Shown piece after piece: positions 28,107-37,972 of a stretch of DNA of 47,560 bases. The stretch lies in the IMG/VR virus record IMGVR_UViG_3300025018_000022, positions 1 through 47,560 of that record; one strand, 5' to 3'. The translations under genes were made by a program, and so were the position numbers. The notes beneath the pieces were generated by a model. It saw only the letters and a program-made list of their open reading frames with translations. It was not told the DNA's origin and searched no databases. The DNA comes from a virus (taxonomy: Duplodnaviria > Caudoviricetes). Within the stretch, counting starts at the first letter, position 1. Each line of letters begins with the position of its first letter.

Positions 28107-29759
28107 TTAAAATGGTAGCGGCTTCTCTGGTTTACCAAGTGCTTGGGATTCATCTATACCTGCCACAGGCTTCCCACCCCTCTTGGCTTCTGTCTTATTC
28201 CAGTCTTGGTGGAACCACCCCTCACAGATAGTCGAGGTCTTCTTGTCCCAGTAGTAGGTACCCGCTGGACCAGTGGTAGAGAACGGCCTGTTCTTTGTTA
28301 CCTTGATCCAAGTGTGGTTTCTGTCTACCTCATCAACAGCTTCCAGGTCCCTCTGAAGATCAATACGGATACTCGAAGCTTTCCCAATCATCCTGCTGTT
28401 TCTGGTCTTGCCGTCGTCTGTAAGATGAGCTGTCCATACCACACCAACAGGGTAGTGTTGCACAAAAGCCTCCACCTTCATGGCCAGCATGTCTAGCAGT
28501 TCAACTCTGGATTCATCTTTGTCTGGGTGGAACTGGTTAACCGGGTCGATAAAGATATACTCAACATCACACACAGTAACCAAGTACTTAAACTGTTCAA
28601 GGATCATTTCGACTGTAGGCTCAGATTTGAATTCAAACAGGAACAGGTTCTTGTACCCGTCTGTTAGGTCGTACAATTCCTTACTTATCTTATCGTTCTC
28701 AACAGGATTATCCGGGTCTCTAACATCCTTATCCATACTGAACCCAGCAAGATTTCGGAGTAGAGTTTTCTTCGTCTCTTCCATATGCAGGACAGCGATC
28801 TTCTTGCCGATAGCCAAGGCATCACACTCCAGAGACCTGAGGATTTCAGTCTTACCAATCCCTTCTTGTCCGGTGATAAGAGTGATGTGGTTTGTAGGGA
28901 TGCCCTTGATAACCTCGTTAAGAGAATTGTTGCTGGTCTCGAAGTAGGACTCTGTCATCTCGTCTGCTAAGATAGAACTGAAGTCTTCTTCTGTGTGGTA
29001 CACGTTGTCTACTGTCATTATAGCAGCGTTGTTCCACGCCTGTACCCACTCCTTATCATCCCCAGCCTCAAGGTACGCGTTAGCATCCTTGTGCTTAGTC
29101 ATAGACACCTTGCGGACCTTAGAAGGAAGCATCTCTGCCAACAGGGCGGCTGCCTCTTGACCAGGACCATCGTTATCCACAGCCAGCTTGACAGTTTCGA
29201 AGGTTGATAGGTAGTCGTACACCTCCTTCTTACTGAAGTTTGCAGAGGTCAGAGCTACAACAGGCTGGATAGTCTTCTTACCGTAGTTGAGCATCTGGTA
29301 AGCAGCCGCCCAATCCTCCTCCCCCTCCACTACAGTGACGTAGTGGGCACTACCTGCGTTGAATAGATTGGTGCCGACCAGGCCCTTAGGGTACTTGCCC
29401 TCGATAAAGAAAGCTCCCTTCATCTTGTTCTGCTTTCGTACCACATCCCTGAATTTGCTGCCTGTAGGGGTGCGGTACTCCCGGAACATCACGTTCCCAG
29501 CCTCGTCACAGTAACTGTGGATGCCCAAGATTTCACATACTGCGGCTTTGATACCCCTGAATCCCTCGTGAAAGACAGGCTCTCCGTAGTCCTTGGGCTT
29601 TTTGGCGAAGTCCTCAGGGAACCAGCTACACCCGCAAGAGAAGCAGTGGCCATGCTTGTCACCGTAGAGGGTGTACGCATCTGTACTCCTCTTCTCTGGG
29701 TGCTTGCACCCTCCGACGTGGTCAGGGCAGGGAAGCCCGCTCTTGTCACCCTTAGCCAT
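28107..29759 (-). CDS. T7 gp4-like primase-helicase
   Basis: Zn finger (CP...C, HCFSC), TOPRIM VEGEED and DNDGPG, Walker A GQEGIGKT, FIDP and KNR motifs. Likely start is MAKGDK at 29759. Confidence 0.93.
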   Translation of the reverse strand: MAKGDKSGLPCPDHVGGCKHPEKRSTDAYTLYGDKHGHCFSCGCSWFPEDFAKKPKDYGEPVFHEGFRGIKAAVCEILGIHSYCDEAGNVMFREYRTPTGSKFRDVVRKQNKMKGAFFIEGKYPKGLVGTNLFNAGSAHYVTVVEGEEDWAAAYQMLNYGKKTIQPVVALTSANFSKKEVYDYLSTFETVKLAVDNDGPGQEAAALLAEMLPSKVRKVSMTKHKDANAYLEAGDDKEWVQAWNNAAIMTVDNVYHTEEDFSSILADEMTESYFETSNNSLNEVIKGIPTNHITLITGQEGIGKTEILRSLECDALAIGKKIAVLHMEETKKTLLRNLAGFSMDKDVRDPDNPVENDKISKELYDLTDGYKNLFLFEFKSEPTVEMILEQFKYLVTVCDVEYIFIDPVNQFHPDKDESRVELLDMLAMKVEAFVQHYPVGVVWTAHLTDDGKTRNSRMIGKASSIRIDLQRDLEAVDEVDRNHTWIKVTKNRPFSTTGPAGTYYWDKKTSTICEGWFHQDWNKTEAKRGGKPVAGIDESQALGKPEKPLPF

Positions 29760-29778
29760 CTTTGTCGTCCCTTCCTTT

Positions 29779-30021
29779 CTAGTAGTACAAGTCTTCGTCT
29801 GGCTCGGATACCATCTCAAGGTCTTCTGGGAAGTGGTAACTTAAAAATGTTTCTTCATCCCAAAGTACCTTGTACTTCAAAGAGCTCCTCTTGTCAAATT
29901 CCCAGTAAAAGGACTTAAGGATTGTTCCTGGCCTATCCCTGTTGTGCAGAGGAAAAGTTACAGCAAGAGGCATTTGTGCTTTCTTTGATAAGCGAACTCT
30001 AGTCCCCGGTCGCAGGGTCAT
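29779..30021 (-). CDS. SH3/KOW-like small protein, LYY-tail family member 4
   Basis: LRPGTRVRL...GTI...YKVLWD...FPEDLE. Ends EPDEDLYY. Confidence 0.78.
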   Translation of the reverse strand: MTLRPGTRVRLSKKAQMPLAVTFPLHNRDRPGTILKSFYWEFDKRSSLKYKVLWDEETFLSYHFPEDLEMVSEPDEDLYY

Positions 30022-30172
30022 CTTCCTTATCCTCTTCTGGGTCCTCGAAGTCTTGTAGTGTATCCAGGATTACCTCCTCACAAGTCTTACAGGTGTCCTC
30101 TCCTGAGTGGAAGAAGTGTAGGTTAGATTGGCTGTCGTCAAACATCTCATCACAAATCCTGCAGCGTTTCAT
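29999..30172 (-). CDS. Small Zn-ribbon protein with acidic tail (57 aa)
   Basis: Hand-translated MKRCRICDE...TCKTCEEVILDTLQDFEDPEEDKEDDPATGD. AAAGGA SD. Confidence 0.7.
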   Translation of the reverse strand: MKRCRICDEMFDDSQSNLHFFHSGEDTCKTCEEVILDTLQDFEDPEEDKEDDPATGD

Positions 30173-30198
30173 CTAAGTATCCTTTAATTACTCTTGGC

Positions 30199-31038
30199 CT
30201 ATGGTACATCTATAAAAGGTAGATCGTAAGTATCGTTGATCTTGTCTGGGTTCAAATCAAACTTGGTGGCAAAGTGTTTGAAGTAGTTGACAGCAGTAGT
30301 ACCCGCTAACCCAGGGGCTGTATTCACCTCAAGCACACAGGCTCTGTTGTTCCTTGCATTGTACACTACATCTACCGCCCCAAAATCCAATCCACATACT
30401 CGGACAGCTTCGACCGCGTTTCTTGTGACACTTTCTGGGGGATCAACTTCACTCCGGCAGAATACGAAACCGTTGGCCAAGTTTCGAATTCTGTAGTTGA
30501 CTTCTTCAAGAGGGGTTTCCTTCTTTTTCCTTTTCTCTTGGACATCGATAACCATCCCGTCTGCTATGTGGACTCTGTACTCGTGCTTCTTTTTAACATA
30601 CTCAACAAAGAGTGTGCCTTCTGGTAGCTGTCTGACCCCATCAGATGTCCCCACTTCCACAATCCCATCTCCACCGCTTCCCGTAAGCTTAGTCCTTGCA
30701 AACAGTAGGCCGCAATCTGCGAGGATATCTTCCGCCTCAGCCCTTCGAACAGTGAATCTCGGGAGTTCAACCCCTCCTGTCTCTCTGCATAGTTCAAAGA
30801 ATCGTCTCTTGTTTGTTGCATTTCCTACAGCTTCCGGTTTGTTTTCAATGTGTGCTCCTTTCAACTCGTATGGGAAGTTGCTGGAGCCCCAGTTGATAAC
30901 AACTCTATGCTTTCCACCAGAAAAAGCAGAGCCCTCTGTCCGTATGATCCTCACACCTAGAGACCTGGCCAGCAACTTGCCACCTTGAGACGCCCTATCG
31001 TGCCGATACAGGAATACATTCTTCTCTTCCAAAGCCAT
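30199..31038 (-). CDS. ATP-grasp ligase (RimK-like, phiEco32 type) 1
   Basis: INWG, NK..F, GSGG.GI, EYRVH, GLDFGAVD, LEVNTAPG motifs. Confidence 0.9.
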   Translation of the reverse strand: MALEEKNVFLYRHDRASQGGKLLARSLGVRIIRTEGSAFSGGKHRVVINWGSSNFPYELKGAHIENKPEAVGNATNKRRFFELCRETGGVELPRFTVRRAEAEDILADCGLLFARTKLTGSGGDGIVEVGTSDGVRQLPEGTLFVEYVKKKHEYRVHIADGMVIDVQEKRKKKETPLEEVNYRIRNLANGFVFCRSEVDPPESVTRNAVEAVRVCGLDFGAVDVVYNARNNRACVLEVNTAPGLAGTTAVNYFKHFATKFDLNPDKINDTYDLPFIDVP

Positions 31039-31049
31039 ATCAGTCCCTC

Positions 31050-31313
31050 CTAGTAGTACAAAACTTCGTCCAGCTCAGACAATACTTCAAGTTGGTCTTC
31101 ATAGAAGTTACCTAAAAATTTTCCTTCGTCCGAGTATAACTTACACAGTAGACCCCATACGGTAGGTTGAACATAAGCGACTGTTCCTTCCTTAAATACG
31201 CTAATCGAAGGGCAACGCCTACGCATAAAATTGCGCTCCTTCGCTGCTAAACGAACTCTAGCCCCTGGTAGCAGCTCCATCTTCCTTGGCCTCTTCTGGG
31301 TTCTCAAAGTCAA
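31050..31313 (-). CDS. SH3/KOW-like small protein, LYY-tail family member 5
   Basis: LLPGARVRL...EGTV...FYEDQLEV. Ends ELDEVLYY. Exact start uncertain. Confidence 0.72.
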   Translation of the reverse strand: MTLRTQKRPRKMELLPGARVRLAAKERNFMRRRCPSISVFKEGTVAYVQPTVWGLLCKLYSDEGKFLGNFYEDQLEVLSELDEVLYY

Positions 31314-31319
31314 TCCCTC

Positions 31320-31505
31320 CTAGTAGAACAAATCCTTGTCGTCTTCTTCCACCTTAACCCAGTTACGCTTACTACAGTACCAGTAAATAGGCAGGAACAC
31401 TTCAAACCCGTGTGCTCCTCTGGGTTTTGCTTCTACAACCACACCTACTGGGAAAAACTCATCCCCAATACAACCAGTCGATCTGATCTTCTGGATTAAC
31501 ATCAT
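31320..31505 (-). CDS. Small beta protein, LYY-tail family member 6
   Basis: MLIQKIRS...FPVG.VV...WYCS...W. Ends EEDDKDLFY. Tandem paralogue of the adjacent gene. Confidence 0.75.
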   Translation of the reverse strand: MMLIQKIRSTGCIGDEFFPVGVVVEAKPRGAHGFEVFLPIYWYCSKRNWVKVEEDDKDLFY

Positions 31506-31514
31506 CAGTCCTTT

Positions 31515-31715
31515 CTAGTAGAGCAAATCCTCACCCATATCTTCTTTGGCTACCTCAGCCCAACTGTGCTGGCTGCAATACCATCCTTGGGGTAGACCCT
31601 TCCGGGGAAGAAGCCTGTGCCCGAACCTTCCAACGATATCTACCTTTACAACTGTACCTATCGGGAAAAGTCTATCTGATACCAAACCACCTGATCTGAC
31701 CTTCTGGATTAGCAC
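31515..31715 (-). CDS. Small beta protein, LYY-tail family member 7
   Basis: MLIQKVRS...FPIG.VV...WYCS...W. Ends EDMGEDLLY. Confidence 0.75.
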   Translation of the reverse strand: MLIQKVRSGGLVSDRLFPIGTVVKVDIVGRFGHRLLPRKGLPQGWYCSQHSWAEVAKEDMGEDLLY

Positions 31716-31716
31716 T

Positions 31717-32550
31717 TTACCACTCCTCTGTAGAATAGGCTATGTCTTGGGCCAGCCTTGCCCCTCTCCTCAGTATAGATGTAGCCTCAGGGTGAACCAA
31801 GAAGGAGCCAGCTTCCTCTGGCCCGAGGATATGCCTTACGAATTCAGCCTCCCCTCCTTCGCTAAAGTTCAAAACAACTTGCTTTGGGTCTTTGAACAAC
31901 CTGGAATTCTTTACTACGGAATCAAGAATGTTAACCCACCGAGTAATGTACAGGTTATCCAGGGAACCACGCAAGGCTCTGAACTCTACTGTCCCATACT
32001 TGAACAGGCTAGTAAGGTTCAAGGCACAGTACCTGATAGTGTTGTTGCCGAGGTATGTCCCGATGAATCTTCCAGTCCTTACCTCTTCTGAAAGGGTATG
32101 GATAACCCATTCTGCATCTACAGCCCGTAAGCAGAAGTGGTTACCTTGCCTGCCTTCTCCAAACTGGGAGGACAATAGTTCTTCGAGGGTGTACCACACA
32201 CAGAGGAAGGTGTAGAACTCTTTGACTGAGAGGTTGGACACGTCGTAGTGGATGTGTGTCCCTGCTCTAACTGAGTCCATTACTTGTGTGTTACTTGACT
32301 TGATTATACCCTTCAGCTCAAGTAGTACCTCGTTTACTTTACTAGTTCTTACAGGGGCACGAAGGACAAACTCAGCAGAATCTGCCCCCCTAAGTGAGCC
32401 ATCAATCTGCTTGGACCAGCGCGAAGTATCGAATTCTCCCACACCAGGCATAGGGCTTGAAGACTCAAGTTCGATCTCGATGCCCACCCCCTTAGGGCTC
32501 TTTTGTTTTGCACCCACCATTTGGCCAACCGTAGTCTCAGGACACGTCAA
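31717..32550 (-). CDS. Putative amidoligase (glutamine synthetase/GCS2-like fold)
   Basis: GIEIELE, DGSL, EFV, GTHIH, RY.ALNL, GTVEFR motifs. Confidence 0.85.
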   Translation of the reverse strand: MTCPETTVGQMVGAKQKSPKGVGIEIELESSSPMPGVGEFDTSRWSKQIDGSLRGADSAEFVLRAPVRTSKVNEVLLELKGIIKSSNTQVMDSVRAGTHIHYDVSNLSVKEFYTFLCVWYTLEELLSSQFGEGRQGNHFCLRAVDAEWVIHTLSEEVRTGRFIGTYLGNNTIRYCALNLTSLFKYGTVEFRALRGSLDNLYITRWVNILDSVVKNSRLFKDPKQVVLNFSEGGEAEFVRHILGPEEAGSFLVHPEATSILRRGARLAQDIAYSTEEW

Positions 32551-33115
32551 GATTAACCTCCTCTTTGATCAGCTCTTTCAGCCACATGTTCTTTTCAGGA
32601 ACCTTTAATAAACCGTTCTCGTTATTAAAGGAACCGACAGGAAGGTAGCACTTGTAAACAAGAGTGTAGTTCTCGGATACACTAAAGTTTCTGGAGATAG
32701 CAACTGATTTGTAGGCATCTTCAACCTTCCCCAAAGCCTCTTCCACTTTAGAGTACTTACAAAAAATAGGCTGGGCTAGAGAGAAAAGGTTAAAGGTTAC
32801 ACTCCGCTCTATTCTTCCTTCCTTCAGGCAGACAATATTTTTAGCCCTAAGACCCTGTCTCCAGTCGTCCCTTAGAGGGACACGGGACACAAACATAGCC
32901 TCCCCGTCGAAGTCTGTATTACCTAAGGCAGGGGAGCTAATCCTTACCTCCTTTAGGGGTACTACAGCAGTCTTAAGAAGTGTCCGACCCTCGATAAACT
33001 TATCAGGCCTTACTGCTTCCACGTAGATCATCCCGTCAGAGGGTGGATAAACTAAGAAGGTTTTCTCCAGCCTGCTTTTAACATAGCGAAGGTCAAACTC
33101 CTTATCGTCGTACAT
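32537..33115 (-). CDS. Hypothetical protein within the ligase cluster
   Basis: 192 aa. LGN..., SR.P.R..WRQGL and A.SR.F motifs as I recall from phiEco32-like clusters. Confidence 0.7.
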   Translation of the reverse strand: MYDDKEFDLRYVKSRLEKTFLVYPPSDGMIYVEAVRPDKFIEGRTLLKTAVVPLKEVRISSPALGNTDFDGEAMFVSRVPLRDDWRQGLRAKNIVCLKEGRIERSVTFNLFSLAQPIFCKYSKVEEALGKVEDAYKSVAISRNFSVSENYTLVYKCYLPVGSFNNENGLLKVPEKNMWLKELIKEEVNLDVS

Positions 33116-33116
33116 C

Positions 33117-33992
33117 TCATACTGCCTTGTTGTCTAGGCTCGGATGAATAAGAGGTAGGTACTTACCCTCTGGGCCAACAGGAATGTGGTCTCTTCCGTT
33201 GTTGACGATCCAACTAAACGCTTTTGCCACACATTCTTGCCGGTAAGGAGAGGTCTGAGACGGCGCTGAGTTTATCTCGATAATGAAGGGTCTACCGTCC
33301 TCGTCAATTATTACATCGACACCACCAAAGTCAAGACCACTGTGGTTAAAGGCTTCAATAGAGGCCCTAACAGCAGAGAGTGGCCACTCACCCCACCTTA
33401 CGTTGTCAAACCTTCCCCCTTGGGCTACGTTCCAAGCGATATCTTCGGGGTTTCCCGGTGTTTTTCTGGCAACCCAGACTGCTCGCCCACTACAAACGAA
33501 CACTCGGTATTCAGCCACCTTGTTGATGAGCTCGCTGATATAGTAGTTACCCTCGCCTAACTCCTCACATTTTTCAAACAGGTTATCTTCGTCTTCTCCG
33601 TCATCCCCCAATTCAAATACCCACAGGTCCCGCCCTTGGGAGTGTGTGGCAGGTCGGACAATCACTGTTCCTACGTCTGGGTAAGAGAAAGAATCGGCGG
33701 CATCCACAGCGGAGAACCACGTCCTTGGGGTAATCTCTGGGCTACGCTGGGCCATTAACCCACGAAATAATTTCTTGTTTCCAGCAAGGTGGATAGCTGA
33801 AGCCTGGTTGATCACATTTAATTTCCTAGGTAGGTTAGACGTGCAACCCCACCGGAATACGTAGTCAACTTTGTCTGGCCACGGATCGTCCAGCCAATTA
33901 CGAATGACAACAGCCTCCTCCATGTTTGCTGCGATGCCCTCAGTGCTTGTCTTGCCAAGCTTCTTCCGCCTTAGAAAAACTGACGTTGACAT
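33117..33992 (-). CDS. ATP-grasp ligase 2
   Basis: RWGCT, NK..FR, VIVRP..H.QGR, EYRVFV, GLDFGGVD, IEINSAP motifs. Confidence 0.9.
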   Translation of the reverse strand: MSTSVFLRRKKLGKTSTEGIAANMEEAVVIRNWLDDPWPDKVDYVFRWGCTSNLPRKLNVINQASAIHLAGNKKLFRGLMAQRSPEITPRTWFSAVDAADSFSYPDVGTVIVRPATHSQGRDLWVFELGDDGEDEDNLFEKCEELGEGNYYISELINKVAEYRVFVCSGRAVWVARKTPGNPEDIAWNVAQGGRFDNVRWGEWPLSAVRASIEAFNHSGLDFGGVDVIIDEDGRPFIIEINSAPSQTSPYRQECVAKAFSWIVNNGRDHIPVGPEGKYLPLIHPSLDNKAV

Positions 33993-34005
33993 TGTATCCC
34001 TTTCT

Positions 34006-34848
34006 TTACTCGGTTACGTTGTAAGTCTTAGCCCAGTCTACAGCAAGTTTAGTCTTGCTGTTGTTGATGATATCTACTACGTCTGGTGTGTGGATAAGCT
34101 TGTGCTTCATACAGTTTGAGAGTGCTGTTTTGATAGCGTCAAACACCTTGACCCTGGCCTCAGGGTTTCCAACCCACACGTTAGAGGGAACCCTATACTC
34201 CAGACCATAAGGCTTAGGTCTGAATGCCCCAGCCTTGCCATACATCTGTCGGCGCTCCTCGTTAGGGTCAACGATAACACTTACAATACCTACGGTAGCG
34301 TCTAGTTCCCTGGCAACCAGAGAGCACAGCCTCATGTGTCTGAGACTACCCACCGCCAGGTTCTTGCCCCACCCAATATGGATGTGCCCCGCACCAGTCC
34401 TCATTGTCTCTTTCGGGGGCTTGGGAACATCGTTCTGGCTTTCTGTCCAAGCGTTGAAGTCGGGGTCACAACCTAAAACCTTATCCTTCTCTGGAATCTT
34501 GGACCAGTAGTCCTTGTCGAACTCAACAACAGGTCTGAACGTTAGCTTATACCTCCCGATACCCCCTTGCTTTTTGGTGTGGCTGTCTATAAACTCCTGC
34601 ACACACCTGATCGTACTGTGTAAGTCGTTACTACCGGTAAGCGAAGACTTAACAGGGGCAGGGGAGGTGTTGAACTCCAAGGCCACCCCATCCCTTTGGA
34701 CCCTAACACCACTTGTGATACTGTAGGGGTTCTTCTTGGTGCCGAGAGGCCACATATAGGAAGGGGCAAGAATCCTCTCTTCCTTCGTGTCAAAGATAAA
34801 ACCCTCTGGGTCAAACCCTACAAGGAAGTCGTGACCATTCACTTGCAT
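34006..34848 (-). CDS. phiEco32-like COOH-NH2 ligase (type 2)
   Basis: G.DPE.F, Q.DG.A.EFN, GCDPDFNAW, RT..GHIHIG, RR.MYGKAG.FR.KPYG.EYR.PSN motifs. Confidence 0.88.
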   Translation of the reverse strand: MQVNGHDFLVGFDPEGFIFDTKEERILAPSYMWPLGTKKNPYSITSGVRVQRDGVALEFNTSPAPVKSSLTGSNDLHSTIRCVQEFIDSHTKKQGGIGRYKLTFRPVVEFDKDYWSKIPEKDKVLGCDPDFNAWTESQNDVPKPPKETMRTGAGHIHIGWGKNLAVGSLRHMRLCSLVARELDATVGIVSVIVDPNEERRQMYGKAGAFRPKPYGLEYRVPSNVWVGNPEARVKVFDAIKTALSNCMKHKLIHTPDVVDIINNSKTKLAVDWAKTYNVTE

Positions 34849-34850
34849 GG

Positions 34851-35894
34851 CTAGTTAACCTTTCTGTCGTTCTTAGATGTAGTCGCACAAGTCTCACAAG
34901 CAGGCGACTCGGAGTCTACCCATTGCACACTCTTCCTGTCTTCCCACTTAAGCTTATCCCCACAAAACACACAACCATTTTCTACTAGTCTGGCCCACCT
35001 GCTCTTGTGTACCATCTGGCCATGCACTGTATGTGCGTAGTCCTCGATGAACTCAACTTCTGAACCAGCAACACTTCGATACCCCGGCAAAAGCTTAGAC
35101 AGGTTCCACTTATTAAAGTATGCTGCTGGCTTAACGGGCGGGGTATACTTAAACTTGAAGGGCTTTGTTGGTACCGAGCTGAACAACACCACCTTCCCGT
35201 CCTTCACCCCCCACCTGTGTACCTTGTCGGGCAAGACAGACCGTACACCAGACTCCTTGTTATACTCCACACCAGTACGGCCTAGTGCAACGTGTAGCAT
35301 CCAAGCTTCGCTGGCGTAGAAGATAGTCTTCTCATCCTTTGTCTTGACCACAAACAAATCTCTCTTGTCGTTCCTTGCCAAATACAAAGTGTCGTCGGTT
35401 AGGTCGTGCCACACAAAAGCATACTGCCCTCGGATATCTTCGAAGGCATCCTCTGGGTTATCAAACGAGTCGATATACCTAAGGCAAATCTCGCTATCTG
35501 TCAACCCTTGCTTGTACGTCTTAAGGCTAGAGAACACTTCTTTCGGTATCGTACCGTTGTGCATTCCAACCAGCTTATCACTCAAGAAAGGGTGAGCGTT
35601 GTCGATGCTCACCTCACCAACAGTCTTTGACCTGTGGTGGGACAAGATAGAGATAGGGGAGAGGATTCCGTCGATAGTCTTTCTCTTCATAGAGAAAATA
35701 CTTTCGTGGGCTGTCATAAAGGACTCAACCCCACCTAAGGACTTGCGAATATCTACATCGTCCTTTGTATTCTTTGGAATTATAGCCACCCCTGTCGAGT
35801 CAGACCCTCTGAGTTGAGAGAACACCATCAGGTGAACTAGGGCTTGCTTCTCTTTGAAGCTGATATCTCCGTAGACTCCGCACAATCCGCACAT
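34851..35894 (-). CDS. Class II (Ntn) glutamine amidotransferase
   Basis: N-terminal MCGLCG, RG.DSTG, H.R..T.G, NAHPF, HNGT, TDSE motifs. C-terminal CxxC...CxxC. Confidence 0.9.
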   Translation of the reverse strand: MCGLCGVYGDISFKEKQALVHLMVFSQLRGSDSTGVAIIPKNTKDDVDIRKSLGGVESFMTAHESIFSMKRKTIDGILSPISILSHHRSKTVGEVSIDNAHPFLSDKLVGMHNGTIPKEVFSSLKTYKQGLTDSEICLRYIDSFDNPEDAFEDIRGQYAFVWHDLTDDTLYLARNDKRDLFVVKTKDEKTIFYASEAWMLHVALGRTGVEYNKESGVRSVLPDKVHRWGVKDGKVVLFSSVPTKPFKFKYTPPVKPAAYFNKWNLSKLLPGYRSVAGSEVEFIEDYAHTVHGQMVHKSRWARLVENGCVFCGDKLKWEDRKSVQWVDSESPACETCATTSKNDRKVN

Positions 35895-35898
35895 CAGT

Positions 35899-36609
35899 TC
35901 ACACTCCTTCCTTAAAGGCCAAGTTTTCCAAGGCTGAGAAGTACCACGCTTGGCAAGAATCTCCCGGCCCTACATACTCTGGATGGGGCTGGTAGCACAG
36001 ACTCCTGGTCTTGCTGTAGTACACACACTCCACATCCTTGGACTTACCAACAACACAACGAACCTCACCGTCCCCACTTCTCTTGTACATCGAGATACTG
36101 GAGGTAAGCAGGACGTTGCCGTTGCCACAAACAGGAATCTTCATCATCTGGTGGTGGGTGGATGTCACCTGAAACCTACCATCCTCACTCTTGGTGGCTG
36201 ACTTTAGGTTCTTGTTCTGGTAGTCATCAAGCCAAACGTTCTCTTCGAATACTGCCTCGTGATTTCCAAGGTGCCCATCCACATCTTGCCACAGCCTGCC
36301 TCCGTTCATAACATGAAGGAACTGGCCTCCTCTACAGATACCAGCCGTCGCCTTACCTAGAGATAGGGCTAAGCTGAAGATGTCTCTTTCGTAGATATCC
36401 CTCTCTGTGTTTACGTTCGTAGTGGGCAGACTCTTCTCGTTGTACAACATAGGGCTCACATCTGCCCCACCTGTGAACTGAACCAGATCAGCATCTTCGA
36501 TGTTGTCAACCAACCACCATTTGTTCCTCTTCCTGAACATCTCCTGGCATCTGATGTCCCCCCCTACGACGTAGACTGTCTTGATATTCTCGGTAACCCG
36601 ACAACTCAT
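35899..36609 (-). CDS. Class I glutamine amidotransferase / peptidase C26 family
   Basis: FTGGADVSP..Y, GICRGGQ, STHHQ, QPHPE motifs. Confidence 0.9.
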   Translation of the reverse strand: MSCRVTENIKTVYVVGGDIRCQEMFRKRNKWWLVDNIEDADLVQFTGGADVSPMLYNEKSLPTTNVNTERDIYERDIFSLALSLGKATAGICRGGQFLHVMNGGRLWQDVDGHLGNHEAVFEENVWLDDYQNKNLKSATKSEDGRFQVTSTHHQMMKIPVCGNGNVLLTSSISMYKRSGDGEVRCVVGKSKDVECVYYSKTRSLCYQPHPEYVGPGDSCQAWYFSALENLAFKEGV

Positions 36610-37532
36610 GCTGCTGCCTTTCCTTCTGGTTTAACAGAGGCTTTTACCTCTGCGTATAGGTCGTCAACCAACCCCCTCAAAACTTCGAAGTGGTTGGGTC
36701 CTTTCTCTCTGTTTACAAACAGCTCTGGCAAGAGATTAAAGGGGTTAGGATCAACCTCTAACTTCTTATCCCCCTGAAAAACAGAGAAAGATTTGTGGTC
36801 GCCAAGCCACGTTGTAAGCCTGTTTTCTGGGGTTAGCTCCTGTGTATTCCAGTAACGAGGAACACCATCATATCTGTTAACCTCGTGCATCTCTGTAAAC
36901 CTTTTTGGTTTCCGATAGTTGCAAAAGTTATACAGAGCTTCCTTAACCAAGAAGTTAGGGTATATTGTTACGTGCCCAGTCTCGATTATGTTGTGTATAG
37001 AGTTGTCCTCCTTTACTTGGAACATAAAGGACAGGAAGAATGCCTCATCCTCTGAGAACAGACCGGAAGAAACCAGAGAGATGAAACTGGAAACAACCCT
37101 GGGCTTCTCCCAAGTATGGCGTATCGCCTTGCAGGCCATACCGCTTATCTGTTGGGGGTTGTCGTAGCAAGACACAGCAATGCCACAAGTGTACACCGAG
37201 GCCGCAGACTTTGTAAGGTAAGCATCCCTGAACGGACTCCTGTTGAACAGGTAGTCGTAATACACTCTTGCATTCTTCTTTGAGAACCGCTCCTCAGCAT
37301 CTGAGTACTCTGTGTTTACAGAATGAATAACATACTTGGAGCCACCTTTCCTGCCGTAGCCTGAGGCGATATCAGCATGACAAGGAGCCCCGTAGCTACG
37401 ATCTACAATCCGTGTATTGGCCTCACTTACCATCACGTAGGATACCGTAGCCTTCTTGCTCCAAGACTTCTGAGCCTTGTAGAATTCTGTGGCCTCGGCG
37501 AGAAGTTCTTTGTTCGGCAACCTTTCAACCAT
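36606..37532 (-). CDS. Hypothetical protein within the ligase cluster (308 aa)
   Basis: Long ORF coupled to both neighbours. No family recognised. Confidence 0.7.
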   Translation of the reverse strand: MVERLPNKELLAEATEFYKAQKSWSKKATVSYVMVSEANTRIVDRSYGAPCHADIASGYGRKGGSKYVIHSVNTEYSDAEERFSKKNARVYYDYLFNRSPFRDAYLTKSAASVYTCGIAVSCYDNPQQISGMACKAIRHTWEKPRVVSSFISLVSSGLFSEDEAFFLSFMFQVKEDNSIHNIIETGHVTIYPNFLVKEALYNFCNYRKPKRFTEMHEVNRYDGVPRYWNTQELTPENRLTTWLGDHKSFSVFQGDKKLEVDPNPFNLLPELFVNREKGPNHFEVLRGLVDDLYAEVKASVKPEGKAAA

Positions 37533-37953
37533 GCTTCACCCTTTCCGAAACATTAAGACGCCTTACTGACTCAGGCCAGTAGAGCACCCCGTTAGAGTCA
37601 GGCTTGTGCTGCTCACCAACCACAGACCTGCCACTCACCCAGTGGTACATCTCTACCTTGTCACCAGAGAACAAAGCGATAGGTGTGGGGGTTCTCCGGT
37701 AAAAATTAGGGTGCCCCTCCAGCCTGTCCAACCTGGGCAGCACACTATCACTAACTTCCCATACCTCACCGGCCACCCTACCCACAAACTCATCCGAATC
37801 CTCTTCCTCAGCAGGCCGGGCAAGAGGGAACCCCCTACCAAACATAACAAAATCTTCCAAGGTACACGCCTTGTATAGCATACGAGACTCACCCATCAGG
37901 TGGTTGTTAGCCTGCCCCTTCAACAGAGTACCGTAGACAAATACTAAGTTCAC
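37525..37953 (-). CDS. Gamma-glutamylcyclotransferase (AIG2-like)
   Basis: VFVYGTL..G..N, V.GEV.EV, LD.LEGHP..Y.R motifs. GTG start at 37953. Confidence 0.9.
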   Translation of the reverse strand: MNLVFVYGTLLKGQANNHLMGESRMLYKACTLEDFVMFGRGFPLARPAEEEDSDEFVGRVAGEVWEVSDSVLPRLDRLEGHPNFYRRTPTPIALFSGDKVEMYHWVSGRSVVGEQHKPDSNGVLYWPESVRRLNVSERVKHG

Positions 37954-37972
37954 TTTGTTGTCCTTCCCTTCT

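Noticed and set aside
29760-29819. N-terminal extensions containing CTT on the primase and GGCT ORFs (and the DUF3310 N-terminus) as a shared motif
   Set aside because: These are the LYY tail codons read in another frame. Primase and GGCT have better SD-supported starts downstream.
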